From assembly GCA_004764695.1 (NCBI GenBank), contig SMSO01000034.1, forward strand, positions 3,782,001 through 3,846,000: a stretch of DNA of 64,000 nucleotides, in the 5' to 3' direction. This DNA comes from Schizochytrium sp. TIO01 (lineage: Eukaryota; Protista; Bigyra: Labyrinthulomycetes). Under the pieces are notes generated by a model. It was not told where the DNA came from. It saw only the letters and a list, made by a program, of their open reading frames with translations, and searched no databases. Of this stretch, positions 25,622-37,700 are shown piece after piece (the first letter of the stretch is position 1; each line of letters begins with the position of its first letter). The position numbers and the translations under genes are program-made.

Positions 25622-27355
25622 TTATACAACTTGTCCAGCGGCTTGCTTAGAGGGATGATCTCGTTTCCGGCGGGTGTCACCAACATGAAAGATAGCCTGT
25701 AAGCCAAAGCATATGCAAGGAAGGACAAGAAACGCAACAATAATGGCTAGAGTTTCAGGTTGCAGCGAACAATTTGATTCTCTTCCAGAGGGAACCCATA
25801 AAAGAGTCAGGCCGTATACGTTAAAGGCAATGAATGTAGCTGTGTAGAGTCCAATGACGCGGTTGATCCAACGCTTTGTGCGCGCGCGATCCGTACTATT
25901 TCAATAAGGAAAAAGAAAAGTAATGTTAGTTCATCGAGTTGTGGCGGACGGTAAGATCGATGACATCATCAGCTACTTGTTTATACTAAGTTGCAGATCT
26001 ATAATTGCTTACCAAAGTACGCCACGATCGAAAACTGCGATACATGCAGCACCACAGTTAAGGACAAAGTTAACTCCAAGAAAGAACATAAAAATACTGG
26101 TGATTCAAGAAAGCGTTTGAGAAATGAGACAAAGCGATTCGACAAAATGTAGGGCAAGGAGCTGTTAGTATCGATAGTACAGATCATAGGAAAGAAGTAT
26201 CGAGAAAGTAGAGACGTACTATATATAGCTTGCTTCACCTTTTGTGCAAAAGCTGCGACCTCTATATGAAATTACAAGAACCACAAACCAAGGAGCATAG
26301 CAAACGACAAAAAGACATGCCCAACCAGCCGCAATCCGAGTGCACTCGCGTAGGTTTATTTCATGCCGGAAAAAAGTCTTGCGCAGGAATTTTGTCCGCA
26401 GAGAATCATCATCAATGCCTTGTAAAGCCACAGCTGTCCCACACGCAAACATAGGAAGTCGAGACCATGTTAGTTCGAAATAAATATGTCTGACAGACAT
26501 ACGTTTGCTCCGATTACGGAGGCATCAGATATTTATCACGCCGCTTACTGATAATAAAGATAACTTACTAAAGATAGACTGCTCAAGCAGGGCCTCTTGA
26601 CCCTGCACGATGCGCTGCACCTCCATGAGTGCCTTATTGTACTTTTCAGAAACCTTGCGTGTCCACACTTCCTCATGAACGTTTCGCACGCAATTCGCCG
26701 CCTCAATGAGCCCTCGTCGCGCCAGCTCTAACCTGTTTCTTCTAGACGGAGTGTTCACATTCCATCTTGAGAATTCCTCTGTATAGAGCTCGAGGTCCTC
26801 CAAGAGCTCCTCTTCGGTCTCGTGCCTCAAATCTATCACGCCGTTCGCTACTTCCGAGACCGCGCGGGGTATGCTCACTTTCTTTCGCCGCAGACTCCGA
26901 CGCTCAAGATCGGTGGTACCTGACACATGCTGCGTTGGGTATTCAATGACAGTATCGGCATCACCCAAACCATCGTCTTCAGGTGGCGGCACCACAAAGG
27001 GAGTCTCAACATCCTCGTCGTCACCGCTGGCATTGCCCTTAAAGGTTTCGTCGATACCGATACCAGAGCGCAGTGGGTCATCGTCCCCTACATCCAGTGG
27101 TGGAGGCAAGGGAAGTGGAGTGTGGTTGTTCTCGTCTCCGCCCTCATATCCGTCTTCGTCACGCGTGCTGCTCAAACGCCCGCTGCTGCCGCTGTTGCCG
27201 CCGAGTTGACTCAAAGGACGTCTGCCGACGAAGCTGCTATCTCCACCTCGGCGGATGGAGGAGCTGGTACTGCTGCGCATGCTATGAGGGTTGAGAGGTT
27301 GCATCTCCACGGTCCCTTCGTCGGAGCCATCGTCGACGTGGCCGGGCGGACGCAT
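25622..27355 (-). CDS. Four-exon hypothetical membrane protein, 452 aa: disordered N-terminus, coiled region, ~4 C-terminal TM helices. Exons 27355-26569, 26433-26220, 26096-26013, 25895-25622
   Basis: Manual splicing uses donors GTAAGT, GTACGT and GTAAGC; each intron has a CTAAC branch motif and a YAG acceptor. Exon lengths 787+214+84+274=1359 nt keep one open frame to TAA. Hydrophobic segments: AGWACLFVVCYAPWFVVLVI, YIFMFFLGVNFVLNCGAACIAVF, VIGLYTATFIAFNVYGLTLLWV, LAIIVAFLVLPCICFGLQAIF. Confidence 0.78.
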
Positions 27356-30300
27356 TGCGCCTCACGGTTGAGAAGAACCTGCAGCGAGATTTGGTTTGAA
27401 AATGATAGATCATTGTCAAGGCAACTTATTATTATATAAGAGCTATTATTAAGAATGTTAGTGCGATTTACATAAATAGAAGAACTCGAAGACGACGAGC
27501 AAACACTCTTAGAACATCGCGAAGGTTTTACAAGAGGTGGTTACCTCTATGATGGGAGCTTTTGCCCGCATCTTCAAAACGCGAGGCAGAAGATTACGGA
27601 TATGTTCGATTATATGTTTGGTGGAGCTTTTGAGAACAGCTAAGATGTTCTACAGGTGATGCAGTGTGGAAGTTTATCATTTATGGTGGTTTTGAGCAAA
27701 TTGTCCACTTCGCTTAAACCCATGAACATAAATGATCAAACAACTGATAAAGGAGACGTTGCAATATGGGGAACTTTTAAGTTATTTGCGTTACCGCGTT
27801 CATCGTGGAGGATTGATAGAACAAGGTAGCAGCAGGGTCATAAGTCTACCTAACACAAAGTTCCCCGATTCTTCGATTCAAACAAACATCTGAGAGCTTT
27901 GGAGGTGGTTTGTTCAAGCCAATGGGTATATAAAGTATAGGGTGGATGATAAGGCTCTTAGAAAGTAAGTAAGTGCCTTGGGAGGTTAAAAAGGGAGCCT
28001 TCGAATTACCTGAATTTAAACTGAAAAACTAATTTAATTTGTATTCATGCAACAACTTGAATATCCGAATGTAGTGGTAGGTTGGTGAAGTTTGACTAGG
28101 CACCTCCAATATCAACAACAATTTGTGCAGTTGTACCCATTTCCACATGAAAACTCCCAGCATCCCAGGCAGCCTTCTGTCATACTGCGATGGCATTACG
28201 ATCAATCTTTAGCGTACTCTGCCGCGAGGCGAAACGAAGGCTGTCTACACCATCTCCCTTTAAAACTATGTCTTCCTTCTCAAGCATTTTTACTAGTGAG
28301 AGGAACGAATTTAGACGGTGGAAACGTTCCGTCTGATCGCGCTAGTGCAATATTTTTGTCTGATTCGAGTCTTATCGTGTTGAATCATCTGGAACTTGAA
28401 CTAAGCCAACAGTACCCATTGAGGATCTTGACCGGAGTTCGTTACAGCTGCACCATAGCACTGAAAGTATAATTGAGCATTTGGATCAGGAAATTTGTGC
28501 TTTAAGGCACGCATCGGCGACAACGTGCTTCACATTGCGTGTCGAGCTCTTGAAGGTTTCTCCCAGTATTCTTCATAAGCTGCGCTTTTTATATGGATGA
28601 GACTTGCATTTCTTCACAGTGTGCTTCAATATGGTGGTGTTTTATAACCTCATGTTCTTGTCTGTGTGTAGACGAAAGAAAGTTTGTGAGGAGATCTAAA
28701 CTCCACCAAAATAAAATGAGCTCATACACTCCAATGATTGGTTCAACTAGACATAAACACTAAATATCTCCGCAGACAGATTTTTGTATAGGTAACTTAC
28801 ATCCAGTCAAATCATTGCCAAACCTATCAATACGTTCAGAAGATTTGGCATACGGTGTTCTGAGTGATTGCCTCATTGTTTTTGCAGGTCCACAAGATAA
28901 TTCATCACCCTTCAACATATTCTGAAAGATTCTAAAAAATCAATCACTCCCTGTACCATCTTATTTTTCTGAACGGAGAAAAAAAACAAGTATTTGCGGC
29001 ATGGCAACAAGAAAGATACACCACTTTTTCAATTTCGGCGCCTGCAAGGTTAAGATTTTCTTGGAGACACCGAACAATTCTGCTAGCTCTGTAGTATGCA
29101 AAGCTTTGTCTGCATTCGCCTTTACCCGGACTCTTAAGTATCCTCCAAATCATGAACAAAATGTTGAAACGTTTCTACAAATACGAATATCGCTGACACC
29201 AAAACACATAACCTTTAATTATATTTTATTTTATATGTGAAAATTCTCTGATAAATACATTCTGATAAATTCAAGTTTGTGTTTCTCTTTCAATTTTTTT
29301 GTTTGTGGAAAATTAAAAAATTAGAAAGAAAAAAATAATCATATACCTATACCTCTGAAAAGATAACTTTTATTTTAAAATATAAAATCGTAATATTGAT
29401 GAGTGGAAATACTTAACAAGATGTCTTATCGTCTCCCCAACTCATGAACCTCCCAATAAATAAAAACACATGTTCTATAGACGTGTTGATAATCCACTGT
29501 GTCCTTGTCCTCCAAGCTGTGGCAATGAAGCTCTTCGTTCCCCACACCTCCATCCAATATTGCTCAACTCGATGCAGATTTACTAAGCCCTACTTACTGC
29601 TTAGCAGTGCCCTGGTAGCACAGCCTATTTATAACCCTCACCACAGCTTCCATTTATTCATTGATCGTGATCTGTGATTCCCTGAGTGAGTTTTTTCACC
29701 AAGTAAAAGGGGCTTGAAGAGCTCAAGCCAGCCAACGCAGAGACCTGTCTTTAACCCAGTCCGAGTATGCCGCTGCTGCAAACGAGCTGGCAGGCCTAAT
29801 TACTCTGACAGTCTTTGCTGGCTTGAAACCAACATTTGGTTGGACCATCTATCTATAAACTTGAAGGAACGGGCGCAGTGCCAAGTTCCAAGAGTGAGAG
29901 TGCGCGACTTTACTACGTACCGCTAATAGATGCCTACCGTGGCAATAGAGACAGCAACGCAAGAAGGATCGAAGAATCTCTGGAGAAGAGAAATAAACAA
30001 ACAAACAAAATAAACAAGCGAACAAAACAAACAAAACAAACAAACAAACAAACAAACAAACACAGCGAGAACTTCAAACTTGAGGTTAGTTAGGCCTTGC
30101 TGCACTCTCTTTAGTTAGATAGCTCAGCTCTAGAGGCAAGGCGCCTCTTTGAAACCTCTTGACTTTGCCAAGAAACTCAACTTGAGGCCAAAACAGCCAC
30201 AATCTTTCATGAGTTAGTTGGTCATTCAGAGCAGGTTCCTGCATAAGAAGCTCTAGCTAGAGGCCGAAAGAACGCCCTCGATTTCAGGATGGCGCTGTCT

Positions 30301-30778
30301 CGTCTGTTCTATTGATAGCTAGCTACTCTGGAGAAGAAAGGTCTCTGGGAATGTGGAGGTGTTCTTCCCAGCTTGTTTGGCTACCTACTAACCCACAGAG
30401 ACCAAGGTTCGTCGATTGATTGGACTCAGGGTTCAGGTTTGACTGGACCTCTTCGGGATCGTTCGCTTTGGAGCAGCGGCGGCACCAAACAAAGCTGTGA
30501 AGAGCAGGGGAGTCCAAATTGGCTCCACCGTCACGGGAGAGCGTTGAGGAGTGAAACCCGAAACTCACTTGGCCAACCGCCAGCCTCTGCGAGTGCAGAG
30601 AGAAGAGACACTCTCGCGAAGGCCCTTCCAACCCCTCAGGCCGCCCCTCAGAGGAGAAGCATCGCGTTAGGTCACTCACGGCGTTGCCGTTCTTTGTGCC
30701 GCATCTATCTCACTTAGACGTTCGATCTTGATCCTCAGCTTCGACTACGTCTCAGACGTTGCGAATTTGCAAGCAAGC

Positions 30779-31957
30779 ATGCAGACTCAAGAGGCAGACA
30801 TGGCTGCGACTGCTGCAGCGAGGTCGCTGGTTGCGAAAAGGTCTCTTGCGCTCGCACCCGTGCGAACTGTGGCCATTGTTGGCGGCACTCATGGCAACGA
30901 GCTGGCAGGACCAGCGCTGGTGCGGTTCTTAGGCGAGTCGCAGCCTGAGCTTGCACGTAGACCGAGCTTCTCCACGCGCTGCGTGCTTTCAAACCTTAAG
31001 GCTATTGATGAAAACCGCCGCTACGTTTCCGAGGACCTCAACCGCTGCTTTGACTTCAATGCCCTCCGAGCCGCTCGTGAAGCCAGCCCTGAGAACCGCA
31101 ACATCGAGCAGCAGCGTGCTCTCGAGCTTGACGAGTTTCTTGGGCCCAAGTTCCCTCCCAGTGCCTTCTCGAGCAGCTCACAGGGCGAATCCCCAGATCA
31201 AGGTCAGGACCAAGGTCATCTTCGCGTCCATGAGGCGCAAACTGACTTTCTGATGGACCTGCACAACACGACTTCTAACACGGGCGTGCTACTGTGCTTC
31301 CACAAGGATGACGCCTTTGCCAGAGAAGTCGCTGCATACTTGCGGCAGTTTGACTCCTCGCTGTGCACATCACTGTGGCCGCAGGAGGACCCGCCGTATT
31401 TGCCGACAATCGCCAGATCAGGCATGACCGTGGAGGTTGGGCCTATGCCGCACTCCACAATGCGAGCCGAGGTCTACGAGAAGACGAAACAGCTGCTCTT
31501 GAGGGCGCTCGACTATGTGGAAATGCACAACCAATCTCTGGCCCAGAGTCAGAACCAGCAGGCTTCAGAATTGGATTCGACAGAGCCGGTGAAATCTGAA
31601 GGGCAAAGTGAGAAGAAACACGCAAGAATCAAGGTTAAGATGCCGGTGGCGGAGCGAGTCGCGGAAGTGGACTACCCAAGGGACCAATATGGAAGACTCA
31701 CGGGCTTTATTCACCCCAAATTGCAAGGAATTGCAGAGCTGAGAGAGGAAAGTTTCGTTCAACAGGGATCGCCGATTTTCCAGACGGAGGCAGGAGAGAC
31801 CTTGGCACTGGACCTTGAGATGGCGGGTCTCGACAAGGATGCCAAGTACTACCCGATGTTTGTCAATGAAGCGGCATACTATGAGAAGAAGGTTGCCTTC
31901 TTCCTCACCCAGATTAAAGAACATGAAGTAGAGATTATCGCTCCAGAGCAACAGTAG
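30779..31957 (+). CDS. ASPA: Aspartoacylase (AstE/AspA family, M14-like zinc hydrolase)
   Basis: Motifs GGTHGNE, RYVSEDLNRCF, DLHNTTSN, TVEVGP, FIHPKLQ and YPMFVNEAAYYEKKVAF match aspartoacylases. First ATGs at 30779 and 30800. Confidence 0.9.
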   Translation: MQTQEADMAATAAARSLVAKRSLALAPVRTVAIVGGTHGNELAGPALVRFLGESQPELARRPSFSTRCVLSNLKAIDENRRYVSEDLNRCFDFNALRAAREASPENRNIEQQRALELDEFLGPKFPPSAFSSSSQGESPDQGQDQGHLRVHEAQTDFLMDLHNTTSNTGVLLCFHKDDAFAREVAAYLRQFDSSLCTSLWPQEDPPYLPTIARSGMTVEVGPMPHSTMRAEVYEKTKQLLLRALDYVEMHNQSLAQSQNQQASELDSTEPVKSEGQSEKKHARIKVKMPVAERVAEVDYPRDQYGRLTGFIHPKLQGIAELREESFVQQGSPIFQTEAGETLALDLEMAGLDKDAKYYPMFVNEAAYYEKKVAFFLTQIKEHEVEIIAPEQQ

Positions 31958-34900
31958 GCACCGCCGCCGGAGATAAGCATATGCATAATCGACTCTGACG
32001 AGAGGACAGAGACGAACACCGGTCTAATAGCTGATATTAGAGTCCCAGGCAAGGTATTGCCGACGTAACTCCAAAGTTTGAGCTGATTTGTCTCGAACTG
32101 ACTATTTTTTTTTCTCTCTCTTTCCTTCGTATTTGTACTGTCATAGTCCACATCAGAAGTATCTTTAAACTTCAGAGGACACCAGGTCCTATAGTATTCT
32201 GCATTTATGATTTTCATCGATAGATCTTTTAAAAAAATTCTAAATTGTATGATTCGTCTTGGTTGCTTGCTTGCATGCATGCATGCATGCATGCATGCGT
32301 GTTTGTTTGTTTGTTTTTTGTAAGGCGTTCTCGAGTTTAAAGGTCGCAAGTGACAAGTGTTCGCATCTCCTGGTCTATCTAGTTTACAAGTTTCATATGA
32401 GAATGTGATCACACTGCTTTTAATTTCACTGCACTAGTCTTAATTCCCATTAGTCTGATTGTCTACAGTTTGCGGTGTCTGTCGTAAAAGCAAGGCTGTT
32501 TCTTTTAAAGATATTCAATTCATGGTTTCCTGGTGTCCTGGTATCGTAATTCAAGTTGCAGTATGATTATATTGTATTCGTTCTCTATGAAGTTGATTTT
32601 AAAGGTCGAAAGAGAGGATATAAGACGAGTATTACCCGCCAAAGATTAATTGTCGGCCCCGTTTTTGTGAAATAATGCAAAGGGATTGTTTAATCATTTC
32701 TCTTCAGAAGGCAGATATGCGTCCGGCCACATGTTCTCCTAGATTGTTGAGATGTTCACCAAAACTGAAATCGGAACAACTCCTCGTCGTCAAGTTTATC
32801 CGTGATACTGTGCTAATCTTTCAATCCTAAGTGAGCTTTTAATACAATATTCGTTCGTTGTCTAAATGAGTCTCTCACATCATGACCGTGGAGCTGCTTC
32901 ACAGTCTATCAGAAAATCAGCACAAGGTTTGCATAGACATAAAAATAACATGCGCCGGGGACCCCGCGTACTATTCCTCGCCCATATCTGTTACATGAGA
33001 GTTTTGCCTTTCTATAGAAACCTGCCTTAGAGTATAGCTGTCATTTGATATTTTTGTTTTGTTTGCATAGGAGGTTCTGCTCAACTTCTATATGCTCCGC
33101 TAGAGTAGTTCTTCCAAGCACGTTTCAGACAAGCTCATCCTGAAGCCAGAAGGTACAGACGAATGCCACTTCGTGCGTTTATTTAGTATGGCTTGGCAAA
33201 TTAATTTATTTAGCTCAATAGTATGTAGAACGTCGCTTTGTTTCTTGGGTCAGAGTTGAGGCTTCTGGCTCCAAACACAACAATTCAGGAGTTTCATTAG
33301 CTTTAAGAGATGATGCTCAAGGCGAAGCTTTGCTTGAGACTGTGTAATACGCACAAGTGAAGATCTGCCTTGTCGATTACAATTGCTAAGAGTCGAAATG
33401 AACCTTTCTCTCGTTGTGCTGTCATGGCTTGTGCAGCACACAAAAGTAACACGTGAAGATTCTGCTTAACTTTTAGAGCTCTATATTTTGTTGCTACAGA
33501 ACCCATGATGCGCTAGTCTTCCTTACTATTACTTCACAGACAAAAAATTACCTGTTAGACTACTACTACTCATTTTGTCGTGGTCTGACAATGGAAGATG
33601 AAAATCAAGTCAAGTATTATTGGGCTGCAAATTCTTAAATACTGCAAAACCAAGGCGTGTCTCTAACAACTTGACCAACAAAACGCACGACAATATTATA
33701 GTTACAGATTTCAAGCACAAGCCATCACGAAGGAGCGGGATGGGATAAAGTCTTCCGTACAGATGCAGCCTTTACTTGTAATAAGTACAATCTTGACAAC
33801 CAGAGTGCATAATCTACTCTTCCACAGATATCAGAAACTCTTACCGTATCAAGCCTCTACAAAGCCTAAGGCCAAGCGACCAAATAAATTATCGCCTACC
33901 ATGGTAGGTACCACCTGTGTTTTTGACGAAACCAAAATTTGATAGAAGTCACAATTGTTCCCTTGTTTTCAGACTCACAGTAAAGTAAACGACATCGATG
34001 CGTATTTAAAAATAAAAACAATTAGCATTACATTCAGACATCAATTTAAAAAAAAAAAAAAAGAACTATAAACTAAAAACTAGAAATTAGAAAAGGATGG
34101 TCAGGCGGGGAAGCCCCACGATGTGAAGTGCGCCCACATGCTTTATGATATAGATACATTCGGGTGTAAGGTCTGATGACTTACACCAGTACAATTGTGC
34201 TTTAAAGTACTGTTAAAATACAGAAATTGACGTGTGCTTTGAATCTGAACCTACTTCGGTCTTTAAGCCATGAAGGCTCTAGGTACACAATGTACGAGAG
34301 GGATGGCGTAGCATAATAGAGATAAGTTCCCACATTTTACATTTTCTTTTTAATCAGTCATCTGACTGACTATTTTGGCGGTTATCTTGGCAACTATCTT
34401 AGAGCTTGCAATGATCCCAAGAACGCCTCTGACTCCTGTCTCCAGGTCGCCTGGTTGATGCACCGACCCGGCACAGAGGCCGACATGAGCAGCAAGAAAA
34501 CAAGAATGCAAGAATGCAAGAAAGCAAGCAAGCAAGCTAGCTAGCTAGTCATTAATCAGGACATGCTCTCATCCTCAACTTGTGGAAACCCACCAACTCG
34601 CCATCTTCATCTATTTATTTACAATCTTCCAATACCCACCGCGCTTTCAAGAACTTCGAAGAACTTGGACGACGATCATGGATAAACAGACCATGGTAGC
34701 TAGAACTTAACTTGACTTGAAGATGACCAGATAGAGCTAGCTGCTCTTCCTGTGGCTAGCTAGCTGGCCAGCTCTAGCTGGTACAGATAGACGTGGACAG
34801 ACGCCTTCGTTTTGATGCCGACAACTTGAAGGCGAAGAAAGAAAGGAATAAAACTCTTCGAACGAGCGAAGAAATGAGCAGAACGAGGCCCGCTAGCAGT

Positions 34901-35248
34901 GGGCTAGGTTCTGCTAGGCTGCCCCTGCGAGATGGATGCCGTTCTGTTAGTGAGTTCCTTCCTTCCGTCGTTTCGATTTCACGTTGAGAAGCAGCGCAAT
35001 ACTCCGCTCGGGCCGAGTGCACCTGCTTCAAGTCCAACTTTCAGCCCTGCGAGGCTGGCTAATCTTCAGCCAATTCGTCGCCATCAGAATCTATCATCGC
35101 AGGAACGAAATCCACAACGATCACTCAAACAAAGCCTCACTCACACGAAAGACAGTCAGTCATCAAGCAGACCTGCTCCAGAGCACTCTCATAGTTTAGC
35201 ATAGGAGGCCACTAGCACCCGCTGCACCTTCACAGACGCTCTTATATA

Positions 35249-35282
<34 letters not shown>

Positions 35283-35596
35283 CATACACATTCATACGTT
35301 CATTGATTGATTGATTGATTGATTCATTCATTGATTCATTCGTTCACACATCCACAATCAGTGCCTCGCAGGCGGCGCAAGACACGCCCACGAGAGCCTC
35401 GGCCGCTCAGGAGCCCCGCGTGGAAGCTCGTTTGAGGGTGGAGACGTGCTCTCCGCGGCGTCCAAGGGAGGCAGGCAGGCAGGCGGGAAGAGCTCGGGCT
35501 CGCTCGCTCGCTAGAAGAAAGGAGAGTTCGTTCCTCACTTCGATCGATTTGGAGCTCTTGAGAAGAAGAGGTTTGAGAAGAAAGGAGGAAGATGCA

Positions 35597-35713
35597 TGAT
35601 AGATAGATAGATACATAGATAGATAGATAGATACATAGATACATAGATAGATAGATAGATAGATACAGACATAGATACATAGATAGATAGATAGATACAT
35701 GGATAGACAGATA
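35597..35713. repeat. Compound (ATAG/ATAC)n microsatellite
   Basis: Direct reading. Confidence 0.9.
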
Positions 35714-36470
35714 GAAAAACAGAGCAAACAGAGCAATCAAAGCAGAGCAAGCAAAGCAGAGCAGGGAGAAGAGTCGCGGCACTCTCCGCCGCGGAACTTT
35801 GAGCGAGCGAACTAACGAATTGGACGCCCGCTCTTCGAAGGAGGAAAGGCCGAGAGAGAGAAGAAACAGGAAGAAGGAAAGAGAGAGTGAAGGAACCAAC
35901 TGACTAACTAAACATCTATCTATCTATCTATCTATCTCTCTCACTCACTCACTCACTCACTCGTTGACTGACTGACTGACTGACTGACTAACTAACCAAC
36001 CGAAGCCTCGAAGTGCCCTCCTCGAAGTCTGTAGCTTTCCGCTGCAGGCCTGCACGCAGCCATCTCCGAGTCTGGGGAACAGGCTCTGCGCCAGAGTCAG
36101 CCTCAACACGCACAGCCAGCTTGAGCTTGGCTTGCGCTGCACATCTTGCGCCGCCGCCTTCAGGAGGCAGCCTCTTGAGCCGATTGCGGCGGATCTTTGC
36201 GAAAGAAGGATGGATGGATGTCTCAGGCTTTCGGAGACAAAAGTGGGACGATCATGCCGTGCAGAAATTAGGGACACTTTACCCGGCATGGGCACAGTAG
36301 GGGTAGCTACTGGAAAACATAGCCATGGCAAGAAGAAGCGCAGCGAAGGCGAAAAGTGAAAGACAGCCAGTGGGCGCGGAGACCTGATCTCAGTCTCCTC
36401 TGGAAGGACAACAGCGGGGCCAACAGAGAGGGGACTGCGGGGCATGGACGAAAGGCCTTGTTTTGCCGAC

Positions 36471-36752
36471 TTGGCTCCTTTGTGAGTGCTTGAAAAAGAC
36501 ACCTTCCCACAGTCCTCTGCAGCAGCCACGTGCCGGTAACTCTCCTCCTTTCGCTTCATATCAAAAACTCCGTAGTGCTATGGGTGGCCATGGGAGGAGC
36601 ATCTATCGAGAAATTTCTGGCAACCCCTCTAAACGCCACTACAGCCCCAACGGAGTTTTTGATATGAAGCGAAAGGAGGAGAGTTACCGGCACGTGGCTG
36701 CTGCAGAGGACTGTGGGAAGGTGTCTTTTTTAAGCACTCACAAAGGAGCCAA
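36471..36752. repeat. Long near-perfect inverted repeat (103-bp arms, 76-bp spacer); candidate hairpin RNA locus or foldback element
   Basis: 36471-36573 is the reverse complement of 36650-36752 with a single mismatch (G36492 opposite T). Confidence 0.95.
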
Positions 36753-37700
36753 ACCTCCTCACGGAAACTCCTCATTGTCTCACTGTGATGCTTAGAGACG
36801 CAGTGTGGGGCCAACGAGACTAGGTGAGAGACCGATGCAGAGAGTGAGAGAGAGTGCAGTACTTCTACCTAGGAGCTTCTAGTATATACCTATTCTGTCT
36901 GTGTATTTTCCGTCCTACTAGTATGTGGTAGGTAGGGTTAGTGGGATGTTCCATGTTTGCAAAAAGGATTCTGCACCCTTTTCTACTATCTTTTTCCAAG
37001 TTTTCTTTGATCCTTTTTGAAATTTACAAAAGATAAAAACTATTAGTACCTATTAACGCTAGTGTAATCAATAATAGCGTTGTCTAACTGGCACGTTATG
37101 GGGTAAAGTTTTGTGATTCCTTTCTATTCCTTGAGTTATCTTTATTAATTTCAGAAAAGAATATCTGCCTGCTTTTTCCGCGTCTGTTGGGCATGATTTT
37201 ACTGCTAAATATGCAGCAAACTAAAAGGCGCCCCATCGAGACAAGATCGGCAATCCAAATCTCTAACGCCTCTCGCTCGGCATCGAGGAGAGCGCAACAC
37301 CGTCTACTGCAGGTACGTACGTCTCGGAGCTCTTTAGAAACAGACACCATGTCGCCACGCTACTCCGGCCACCGCTGCGTTCTACAGTAACGTGGCAGTC
37401 TGATCGGAGGCAGGCGAAGCAGAGGAATATCTCTTAAGAGTCTATCTACACAATATCTAAGAGAAAAAGATATTGGGGCCACAGAGGTGGTTTCCCTCCC
37501 CTGGCTTGTTGAATGAGATCCTTCTCTGGCTACTCAACACATAGGCAAAGAGAAATACAGACAACAGCTGCAAGCAAACCTAAAGGGCGTGATGAGCGAA
37601 AACAATGAGGTTGAAACTGACTTTGATAACTGTTTGTGATTTCATGATATGTATGATAGATTTAGTGCTAGACGCTCGATTAATTTAGCGAAAGAAAAAG

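Noticed and set aside
34140-34190. Small hairpin GGTGTAAG-GTC-TGAT-GAC-TTACACC with C/D-box-like words
   Set aside because: Too short and degenerate to support a snoRNA call without a covariance search.
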